From an archaeon (GTDB taxonomy: Archaea > Thermoproteota > Nitrososphaeria > Nitrososphaerales > Gagatemarchaeaceae): a stretch of DNA of 24,000 nucleotides. The position numbers were made by a program, and so were the translations under genes. Position 1 is the stretch's first letter. Every line of letters begins with the position of its first letter. The notes under the pieces are model-generated. The model was not told the origin of the DNA. It searched no databases and saw only the letters and a program-made list of their open reading frames with translations. Shown here in pieces: positions 16,870-24,000 of the stretch. Location: the NCBI GenBank assembly GCA_021819035.1, contig JAKASL010000001.1, positions 1,013,524 through 1,037,523 of the forward strand. Reading direction: 5' to 3'.

Positions 16870-17658
16870 TTGACTGCCTGCGGTCAGGCTCAAGGCGGCG
16901 AAGCGTATTTCTACGGTCCCGGGGACGCCTGGGGCCTAGACTTGGTTGACAAGCCAGGCAGGCGGAAGACGCGGAAGACCTCATGGGGGAAGATAGCCGG
17001 CCTCGCGATAGTAGCGCTCCTGATCGGGGGTGCAGGCTGGGAGATATACTGGACGTACATCTATCAGGCTCCCCCGGTCTACGCGAAGCTGGGGACTAGC
17101 CAGGGTTACATATACCTAGAGCTCTATCCGAGCTGCGCCCCCGCGGCGGTGGCCAACTTCGTCAACCTCACGAACTCTGGGTTCTACGACGACCTGGTCT
17201 GGCACAGGATAATGCCTGGCTTCGTGGTCCAGACCGGAGACCCGAACACCCGCGGGGCCGTGAACAGCACCAGGTCTACCTGGGGGCAGGGAGGCTCGAG
17301 CCAGTCGGTCCCGTTCGAATGGTGCGGCAAGCTCAACAACGACGCGGGGTATCTGGGGATGGCCAGCACGTCTCCGAAGGGCCCGTCGACGTCCCAGTTC
17401 TTCATCAACCTTGTCAACAATCCCAGCCTAGACGGCAACTACACCGTCTTCGGCAAGGTGATATCAGGGATGAGCGCAGTCTGTGCCCTGGCGAACCCGA
17501 GCACAGACCCGACCTACGGGAAGACAGAGCCCTCCCTGCCTTCGTCTTCCCCTTACTATACCCAGCCTGCCTACACCGCAAAGGCGATGCTGAACAACGC
17601 CACCATCATACCGGCCTCCGAAGCGCCGCCGCCGCAGACGCCCACGCCTTGCTCGTAG
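16870..17658 (+). CDS. Membrane-anchored cyclophilin-type peptidyl-prolyl isomerase
   Basis: One N-terminal TM segment (IAGLAIVALLIGGAGWEIYWTYIY), then GYIYLELYPSCAPAAVANFVNLTNSGFYDDLVWHRIMPGFVVQTGDP...GYLGMASTSPKGPSTSQFFINLVNNPSLDGNYTVFGKVISGM. Exact start uncertain. Confidence 0.88.
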   Translation: MTACGQAQGGEAYFYGPGDAWGLDLVDKPGRRKTRKTSWGKIAGLAIVALLIGGAGWEIYWTYIYQAPPVYAKLGTSQGYIYLELYPSCAPAAVANFVNLTNSGFYDDLVWHRIMPGFVVQTGDPNTRGAVNSTRSTWGQGGSSQSVPFEWCGKLNNDAGYLGMASTSPKGPSTSQFFINLVNNPSLDGNYTVFGKVISGMSAVCALANPSTDPTYGKTEPSLPSSSPYYTQPAYTAKAMLNNATIIPASEAPPPQTPTPCS

Positions 17659-17763
17659 CCCCCGGCCCGAGCTAGAAGCGGTATAGGGGGACCCACCTGT
17701 GGCGAGAGCGGCATCAAAAGTCAGGGACCCCGCCGCTGCGCAAAGGTGACAGACGCCGGGTCG

Positions 17764-18039
17764 CTACCAGGAACGCCGCTCTGACTTGGCCCTGACCTTC
17801 ACTATGCCATAGTGAACGGCGCAGGACACGCAGTAGTAGGCGACCTGGGTGGGGGAGGCGATGTATGCCCCCGCGGCCCTGAGTTCCCTGGCGAGGGTCG
17901 GCTCGACAAGGCTGGTCCGCTTGGTGACCTTCTTCGCCTTGTCTCTGGGGACGGACGCCCCGCAGTTGCTGCAGTAGACGGTGTCGCTGCGGCCCTTCCC
18001 TCCTTTGGACCGTCCTCTGCTCTTCCTCTTCTTTGACAA
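17764..18039 (-). CDS. Ribosomal protein S26e
   Basis: MSKKRKSRGRSKGGKGRSDTVYCSNCGASVPRDKAKKVTKR...YCVSCAVHYGIVKVRAKSERR: S26e Zn ribbon. ctttaaac (18065-18072) about 29 nt upstream. Confidence 0.92.
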   Translation of the reverse strand: MSKKRKSRGRSKGGKGRSDTVYCSNCGASVPRDKAKKVTKRTSLVEPTLARELRAAGAYIASPTQVAYYCVSCAVHYGIVKVRAKSERRSW

Positions 18040-18064
18040 GGCAGGCCGGACCCTGCTCGTCCCT

Positions 18065-18072
18065 CTTTAAAC
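18065..18072 (-). promoter_or_regulatory. TATA-like box for the S26e gene
   Basis: gtttaaag on the minus strand, centred about 29 nt from the ATG. Confidence 0.55.
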
Positions 18073-18273
18073 CTATGGAGCGGACCTGTCCGTCCGGGCG
18101 TCAGAGGGAGAGGAGGATCGATTCGGAGCAGCCCGCGCTCCACGTAGCCGGACGGAGCGCTCGACGCGCACGAGAGACACCAGAGGTGTGCCTCAACCGG
18201 CCCGAGGGGGTAGAGGGCCCCGATGAGACATGGGGATTCCAGTCCCCGCGCTCGAGCGTCGGGGGACCGGATG

Positions 18274-19677
18274 CTAGACAGGCGCTTCTTCGGCAGGTTG
18301 GGCAGACCGCATGGGGATCCCGACCTTCACCCCTGTCTCACCGGAGGCAACTCCCACGCTGACCCCTTTCCCTGTCTCTATCCCTCTGAGAGCCCAGGCG
18401 ACCGCCCCGACCAGGCCGAGCGTCCATATCAGTGCGTTGAACAGTGTGTACTGAGAGAGGCTGAAGCCCGATGTGGCGTAGATGGCTACGGTGTCGATTA
18501 TCCCGATGGACACGACCCTGGGAATCGCAGTGAGGAGGCCTCTGTGCTCGGTCGGCCACACCTCCCCCTTGAGCGTGTCCTCGCTCAGGTAGTTGACCCC
18601 GACGAACAGGTTGAGCGCGACCAGGAGTATCCAGAAGAAGGTCAGGCTCGTCGACCACTCAGGAACCAGAAGGTAGATGGCATAAGTCACCGCGGCGACC
18701 CCCACCGAAGAGTAGAGCAACATCCCTACCCTGCTGAGCCGGTCAGCGAGTGTCGCGACGAAAGCCCCAACCACGAAGCCTACGAGGTTCGCGACCAGGA
18801 TTATGTCTGCCGTCAGGTTTGGGAAGTAATATGGCCCCAGCACGTACGTCATAAGGCCGAAGCCGACGGCGTTGGCCGTCGCCACGGCGGTCGTGACGAA
18901 GAGCTTCAGCGGGATCCCGGGCCTCCTCCCTCCAATAGCGCCGCCGGGGGCCGCAGATGCAGCGGCATTGACTGCCGGAGCGCTGGCGGCGGCGACCTGC
19001 GCCTGGCCCTGCGGGTAGTACTTCGCGTACTCGCGGGCGGCGCGCTCGGTCTTCCCCTTCCTCTCCAGCCACCTGATTGACTCAGGCATCTTCCACCTGC
19101 TGTAAGCGAGGACCACCAGTATCGGGATGAAAGTGAGCCCTATCATCTCGCGCTGGAAGATGACCTGCCCGTAGGCCGCGCTGAGCGCTACCGCGGCCAG
19201 CAGCACCCCGCCGACGTTGATGAAGTTGATTTCCCAGAACATCGCCTTCCCTCTGTGCTTGCGGGGCATCACCTCGTGGGTCGCCGCCATTATGGTGTTC
19301 ATCTCCCCGCCTGCCGCGAACAGAAGCATGGCGAGGAAGAGCAGCACGAGGGCGTACGTCCCGCTGAGGAGTATCCCGACACCGCCGACGGCGTACAGCG
19401 ACATCGTCACATAGAACATGGTCTTCCTCCCTACCCTGTCAGCCATCGGCCCTGCGAAGATTATCCCTATCGCGAGCCAGATAGGCGCCCATGCCAGCAA
19501 CGAGCTCTTGAGGAAGGAGTTGATGACAGGGTACCAGCCCGTCGCCACGGAAGAGAGGCCGTAGATGTAGGCTTCAAGGAGCATCCCAAAGCTGAACGCG
19601 ATAAAAGTCCAAGTATGGACCGAGGTCCAGGCGGACTCCTCGACGTTATCGGCCATTTGGGTGGTGGCCAAACGCAT
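18274..19677 (-). CDS. MFS transporter, sugar porter-like
   Basis: Two 6-TM halves, GPMADRVGRKTMFYVTMSLYAVGG and FVATLADRLSRVGMLL motifs. ATG at 19677 about 24 nt from ctataaag (19697-19704); an alternative ATG lies at 19656. Confidence 0.85.
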   Translation of the reverse strand: MRLATTQMADNVEESAWTSVHTWTFIAFSFGMLLEAYIYGLSSVATGWYPVINSFLKSSLLAWAPIWLAIGIIFAGPMADRVGRKTMFYVTMSLYAVGGVGILLSGTYALVLLFLAMLLFAAGGEMNTIMAATHEVMPRKHRGKAMFWEINFINVGGVLLAAVALSAAYGQVIFQREMIGLTFIPILVVLAYSRWKMPESIRWLERKGKTERAAREYAKYYPQGQAQVAAASAPAVNAAASAAPGGAIGGRRPGIPLKLFVTTAVATANAVGFGLMTYVLGPYYFPNLTADIILVANLVGFVVGAFVATLADRLSRVGMLLYSSVGVAAVTYAIYLLVPEWSTSLTFFWILLVALNLFVGVNYLSEDTLKGEVWPTEHRGLLTAIPRVVSIGIIDTVAIYATSGFSLSQYTLFNALIWTLGLVGAVAWALRGIETGKGVSVGVASGETGVKVGIPMRSAQPAEEAPV

Positions 19678-19849
19678 ACGCCATCCTACCCCGATTCTAT
19701 AAAGGTAATGAAGCAGCGCCTTCTCCCATCGCGCTCCCTGCGGCTCGTGGCGAGGGCGCTCGCCGGCGGTCCCCTCCGATGGGGAGGCTTGGTGTCCGGC
19801 CCTTTCTTTCCAAAGTCTTAATTCCGCCTGTAGGGGCGGACGCGGCCGA

Positions 19850-20764
19850 ATGAAGGTCTTGGTCGCCGGCTTCGTGACCATAGACACCATCCAGCTGCCG
19901 ACGCGCCAGGTGATGTCCGTGGGGGGGCCCCCCTCCTATGCTGGGCTGCTCTGCGCGAGGTTCGGGCACGAAGTGACCCTTCTGACGAGGGTGGGCGCGG
20001 ACTTCCCGGACGACCAGGCGGTGTGGCTGATGAGGAACGGGGTCGTCCTCCGGGCTGCGGACAGGAGCCTCACCAAGCCTACCACGAGGTTCAGCATCTC
20101 CAACAGCGCTGAGGCGAGGACGCTAAGGCTGACAAGCAGGTGCGACGACGTGAGCACCGCTCAGCTCCCTCCGGACACGAGGTTCAACGCCGCCCTGGTC
20201 AGCCCTGTGGCTGGCGAGGTGTCTCTCCCCCTCCTAGACGAGATAGCAGCCCGGAGCGAGTTCGTCTTCCTCGACCCGCAGGGTTTCATCAGGTCCTTCG
20301 GCGCAGACGGGACGGTGACATTCTCCCCGCCGCGTGACCCGAACATCCTCGCCGGGGTCGACGCCGTGAAGATGGACAGGACAGAGGCGGAGATGCTCAC
20401 CGGCAAGGGCGACCCGGTGGAGGCCCTCGGCAAGGTGTCTGCGCTCGGCATAAGGAAGGGGATCGTCACGCAGGGCGGGGATTCGTGCTACGTCCTCGAC
20501 GGTTCCAAGGTCTACCGGGTGGGGGTCCCCAGGGCCCCGGTGCTCGACAGCACCGGCGCTGGAGACGTGCTGAGCGGCGCGACTGTCTCCTGGTACCTCA
20601 AGACCAGGGACTTCCTCAGGAGCGCCTGCTTCGGGATTGCGGCGTCTTCCCTCTCGCTTCAGATGATAGCGCTGGCGAAGGTTGACCTCCCCATGAGCGT
20701 CGACGAGACTTCGGTCAGGCTGTTTTCAGCCGCGAATCCTGTCGCGACCCTGCGGGCGGTCTAG
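19850..20764 (+). CDS. PfkB family carbohydrate/nucleoside kinase
   Basis: GGPPSYAGLLCARFGHEVTLLTRVGADFP N-terminal motif and DSTGAGDVLSGATVSWYL C-terminal PfkB signature. cttaatt (19817-19823) about 30 nt upstream. Confidence 0.9.
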   Translation: MKVLVAGFVTIDTIQLPTRQVMSVGGPPSYAGLLCARFGHEVTLLTRVGADFPDDQAVWLMRNGVVLRAADRSLTKPTTRFSISNSAEARTLRLTSRCDDVSTAQLPPDTRFNAALVSPVAGEVSLPLLDEIAARSEFVFLDPQGFIRSFGADGTVTFSPPRDPNILAGVDAVKMDRTEAEMLTGKGDPVEALGKVSALGIRKGIVTQGGDSCYVLDGSKVYRVGVPRAPVLDSTGAGDVLSGATVSWYLKTRDFLRSACFGIAASSLSLQMIALAKVDLPMSVDETSVRLFSAANPVATLRAV

Positions 20765-22203
20765 TAGGACTTCCCGTAGAGGGCGACAGTAGGGGCGTCC
20801 TTCCCGCAGGCCACGCACCCCCCGCTCCGGGGTTCCTGGTCCAAGGGGATGTTGAGTATCTTCCCACCGGCCGCGCCCCTCGCCTTCTCCTCGCACCCCG
20901 GGTCCCCGCACCATCGGATGCGGACTATCCCACCTTCCCTCGCCATCACATCCTTCAGCTCGTCCAGGGTCCGAGCGTCGTGGGTGTTCTTCCGAAGCGC
21001 CTCGGTGGCCCGGGCGAGCAGGTTGGACTGGATTGCGTCCAGCTCCTTGGAGACTTCGGCGGCCAGGGTCGCAATCTTGACGGTCCGCTTCCCCCCGGTG
21101 TCCCTCCTGACAAGGACGGCCTGCCCTTCCCTCATGTCCCTGGGCCCGAACTCGATCCTGAGGGGGACGCCCTTGAGCTCCCACTCGTTGAACTTCCTCC
21201 CGGGGGTGAGGTGGTCCCTGTCGTCGAAGTGGGACCTGAAGCCTGAAAGGGCTCCCATCAGCTTCCTCGCCTCGGCGAGGACGGCCTGCTTGCCTTCGTC
21301 GTTGACTATGGGGACCAGGACGACCTGGACGGCCGAAAGCCTGGGGGGGACGACCGCCCCCCTGTCGTCGCTGTGCACAGCTAGCATGACGCCTATCTCC
21401 CTGGTGGAGATGGCCCAGGTGTTCTGGTAGGCGAACTGCTTCTCCCCCCCCTTGTCGACGAAGACTATCCCGAAGGCCCTCGAGAAGTTCTGGCCGTCTG
21501 CGTGCCAGTCGGGCCCCTGGATTGCCTTGCCGTCCGGGAGGAGGTGCTCGATGCTGTAGGTCCCCTCCGCCCCTGCGAAGGTCTCACCCCTGGTCTTCTT
21601 CCCCAGGTAGCCGGGCAGGGCGAGGTACTCCTCGGTCACCTTGCGGTACATCCCGAGGATCTGGTCCCGCTCCGCCTCGGCCTCCTCTCGTGTAGCGAAA
21701 AGGGAGTGCCCCTCGTTCCAGAGGAACTCTCTGGACCTGAGTATGAACGTCGGGTTCTTGAACTCCCAGCGGACCACGTTGTTCCACTGGTTCAGCCTCA
21801 TGGGGAGGTCCCTCCACGACCTGACCCAGCGGGAGACCACCTCGTACATGAGCGACTCCGAAGTCGGGCGTATGGCAAGCCTCTCCTCGAGCTTCGAGCT
21901 CCCGGCCTCGGTGACCCAGGCGACCTCGGGGGCGAACCCCTCCACGTGCTCGGCCTCCTTCTTCAGGAGGCGCTCGGGGATGAAGAGGGGGAAGTAGGTG
22001 TTGGAGATGCCCGCCTTCTTGAACAGGGCATCGGTCTCCCGCTGGATGTTCTCCCAGATCGCATATCCCGATGGCCTGTAGACCACGCACCCGGAGACTG
22101 GGCTGTAGTCAGCGATCTCAGACTTCAGGATGACCTGCGTATACCACTCGTCGAAGTTCTCTGCCTTCTTGGCGGTGATCCCTTCTTGGCTCGCCCCTGA
22201 CAT
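20761..22203 (-). CDS. proS: Prolyl-tRNA synthetase, archaeal/eukaryal type
   Basis: ENFDEWYTQVILKSEIADYSPVSGCVVYRPSGYAIWENIQ, RLAIRPTSESLMYEVVSRWVRSWRDLPMRLNQWNNVVRWE, C-terminal CxxxC/CxxC region and terminal YGKSY. Confidence 0.95.
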   Translation of the reverse strand: MSGASQEGITAKKAENFDEWYTQVILKSEIADYSPVSGCVVYRPSGYAIWENIQRETDALFKKAGISNTYFPLFIPERLLKKEAEHVEGFAPEVAWVTEAGSSKLEERLAIRPTSESLMYEVVSRWVRSWRDLPMRLNQWNNVVRWEFKNPTFILRSREFLWNEGHSLFATREEAEAERDQILGMYRKVTEEYLALPGYLGKKTRGETFAGAEGTYSIEHLLPDGKAIQGPDWHADGQNFSRAFGIVFVDKGGEKQFAYQNTWAISTREIGVMLAVHSDDRGAVVPPRLSAVQVVLVPIVNDEGKQAVLAEARKLMGALSGFRSHFDDRDHLTPGRKFNEWELKGVPLRIEFGPRDMREGQAVLVRRDTGGKRTVKIATLAAEVSKELDAIQSNLLARATEALRKNTHDARTLDELKDVMAREGGIVRIRWCGDPGCEEKARGAAGGKILNIPLDQEPRSGGCVACGKDAPTVALYGKSY

Positions 22204-22249
22204 GAAACTCTGCCCTGCCCCCGCCGGCTCTTAATGAACATGCCTCGTG

Positions 22250-22849
22250 TCACAAGCTCGTCAGAAGTATGAAAGCGCCTAACGCGAGGAAGACGGCTGC
22301 GGAGATGACCCTCAGCCTCCGCGGGCTGAGCATCCGGCCGAGCTTGACACCCAAGGCTGCTTCCATGGCCGTCGCGGCATAGAGGCCGGCGCAGGCCGCG
22401 CCGAAGACGATGAGGGGCTCGGCGTAGCGGGCCACCAGGACGACGGTGAGCACCTCGGTGGCGTCCCCGGCGACGTCGAGTAGGACCAGGGCGCCCACGA
22501 GGGTGAAGAAGAAGGCGGCCGCCGACTTCTGCTTGTCTAGCTTAGACCTCTCCGTCTCCGCGACATCCGCGCCGACCAGGCCCCAGGCCTTCCAAGCGCC
22601 GTACCCGAGCATTATGCCTCCGCCTGCGAGGCGGACCCACGGCACTGGGACGTAGAGTATGAGGACGGAACCGACGCTGACGAAGAGCCCCGTGGTGAGG
22701 GTGAAAGCCGCCACCCCGGCAATGAAGGTGAGCATGGGCCGCCCCCCGGAAGAGACCCCCAGGATCAGGAGAGCGTCCTTGTCTGTGAGCTCAGTCACGA
22801 AGAAGGCGGCGGCTATCGGGGCGAAAGAAGACAGGAGGGAGGCTGCCAT
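22250..22849 (-). CDS. GDT1/UPF0016 (TMEM165-like) cation transporter-like membrane protein
   Basis: Two homologous halves with ELTDKDALLIL and DVAGDATEVLTVVLVARY in place of the canonical E-x-G-D-(K/R)-(T/S) motifs. Confidence 0.72.
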   Translation of the reverse strand: MAASLLSSFAPIAAAFFVTELTDKDALLILGVSSGGRPMLTFIAGVAAFTLTTGLFVSVGSVLILYVPVPWVRLAGGGIMLGYGAWKAWGLVGADVAETERSKLDKQKSAAAFFFTLVGALVLLDVAGDATEVLTVVLVARYAEPLIVFGAACAGLYAATAMEAALGVKLGRMLSPRRLRVISAAVFLALGAFILLTSL

Positions 22850-22885
22850 GGGCTTGCCTGTCGTCTGCGGCTGGGATAGCCTCGG

Positions 22886-23497
22886 CTACCCCTCTTCCGC
22901 GCCCTTCTCTCTTTCTGGCAGCATGTACGCCAGCGCGCCGACTATGAGGAGTGCGAAGGCCAGGCCCAGCCCGACGTATATCTGGCGCTTCCCGACCTCG
23001 TAGATCGACACGGGGACGAGGAGCAGGAGGATCAGGCCCAGCGTCTTCCTCTTCGCCAGCGCTGAGAACTGCAGCGGGACGGTGATGAGATAGCTCAACA
23101 GCATCATTATCGCCGGGAAGACGAGATTGTACTTCCCCCCCATGAAGTCCCCCACGGCACCGGCGACGTTGGCCCCGTTGGAGTAGAACGCCCCCGCCAG
23201 CGCGAAGAAGACGCTCGCCCCGGCAATCGCCTGCAGCGTGGTGCCCAGCGAACCGACTTTCGCTCGCCTGCGGGAGGCGTCGGTCCCCCGGATCTCCATC
23301 ACGACGCCTACGAGCACCGCCAGGGAGCCTATGACGAACACTTCGGGGCTCTGGGTCACTGTCAGGTACACCTGCGAAGGGAGGAGGGCCGAGATGCCGT
23401 TCTGGAACCAGACGACGAGCCCGTAGACCCCGCTGACAGCGAAAGGCACAATGTAGAGCAACGTCGTTATGTCTTCATAGCGTGCCCTAGTACTCAA
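22886..23497 (-). CDS. Polytopic membrane protein of unknown function, about 6 TM helices
   Basis: 203 aa hydrophobic protein. TTG start at 23497, about 30 nt from gcttaaaa (23523-23530). Confidence 0.65.
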   Translation of the reverse strand: MSTRARYEDITTLLYIVPFAVSGVYGLVVWFQNGISALLPSQVYLTVTQSPEVFVIGSLAVLVGVVMEIRGTDASRRRAKVGSLGTTLQAIAGASVFFALAGAFYSNGANVAGAVGDFMGGKYNLVFPAIMMLLSYLITVPLQFSALAKRKTLGLILLLLVPVSIYEVGKRQIYVGLGLAFALLIVGALAYMLPEREKGAEEG

Positions 23498-23533
23498 CTG
23501 CTGTCCTGCGCGGCCGGGTTGGGCTTAAAACCG

Positions 23534-24000
23534 TTACGATGAACCCGCAGGCTGCGCAGACCTCCCGAAGGTCAGGTAGGCCGTGTGGCCGACCATTATG
23601 TTCGAAGGCCGGGTCATCCCGACCCTCGCCTCGAGGTGGCGCAGGAGTATCTCCATCGTCTCGATGGCGACGAAACCCTCCTCCTTCATCTTCGCCACCA
23701 GCTTCTCCGCCTGGTTGGTCGTCGGGGTCACGGCGGCCATGGGGGCAGAAGGCTTGAGGGCCAGCTTCATGCCGTGCACCACCTCCCAGGGGTCCCCCAC
23801 GTCGAGTATGCCTGCGTCAAAGTCCCCTTCCTCGAACCCCAGGCGCGAGTCCCCCTCCCTGAATGTGACGTAAGGAGACAGCCCCAGCTTCTCGATGTTC
23901 TTCCTGGCTACCCCCTGGAACTCGGGGTTCAGGTCGTAGGTGTAGACCATCCCGCCAGGCTGGACCAGGTAAGCCATCAGGGCCGTGGTGGCGCCGCTCC
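23534..24000 (-). CDS. tRNA (adenine-N1) methyltransferase, TrmI-like (partial, 5' end beyond window)
   Basis: SGATTALMAYLVQPGGMVYTYDLNPEFQGVARKNIEKLGL...DAGILDVGDPWEVVHGMKLALKPSAPMAAVTPTTNQAEKLV. The reading frame stays open upstream of the Met at 23977 to the window edge. Confidence 0.85.
   Translation of the reverse strand, partial: SGATTALMAYLVQPGGMVYTYDLNPEFQGVARKNIEKLGLSPYVTFREGDSRLGFEEGDFDAGILDVGDPWEVVHGMKLALKPSAPMAAVTPTTNQAEKLVAKMKEEGFVAIETMEILLRHLEARVGMTRPSNIMVGHTAYLTFGRSAQPAGSS

Noticed and set aside
1-24000. CRISPR array, cas genes or phage/transposon cassette
   Set aside because: No regularly spaced direct repeats, Cas-like proteins, integrases, transposases or phage structural proteins were recognised; gene content is mostly core or housekeeping.

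Overview
GC-rich archaeal chromosomal segment. An archaeal ribosomal protein S26e, RpoP, archaeal-type ThrRS and ProRS, a family B DNA polymerase with thaumarchaeal-like motifs, and mevalonate-pathway genes together suggest a Thaumarchaeota/Nitrososphaerota-like or other TACK lineage (inference). Main loci: a RelBE-like toxin-antitoxin pair; a DUF35 Zn-ribbon/OB protein, thiolase and HMG-CoA synthase operon; rpoP; a compact GT2-like protein with a DegT/DnrJ aminotransferase; a GT-C-like membrane protein; two small membrane proteins; a B-family DNA polymerase with a 461-codon in-frame intein carrying LAGLIDADG-type endonuclease motifs; N-carbamoylputrescine amidase and agmatine deiminase; thrS; a small Cys/His protein; a CDP-alcohol phosphatidyltransferase; a membrane-anchored cyclophilin; rps26e; an MFS transporter divergent from a PfkB kinase; proS; a GDT1/UPF0016-like transporter; a membrane protein; and a partial tRNA m1A methyltransferase. 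The most interesting observations are (1) the polymerase intein at a GLTGKK^S site outside catalytic motifs A/B/C, (2) a likely unannotated leaderless Zn-ribbon micro-gene at about 4119-4355, and (3) a recurring TATA-to-start spacing of about 23-32 nt, which implies leaderless transcription, often with TTG/GTG starts, and changes several predicted starts. No CRISPR array, convincing tRNA/rRNA or transposon was found.
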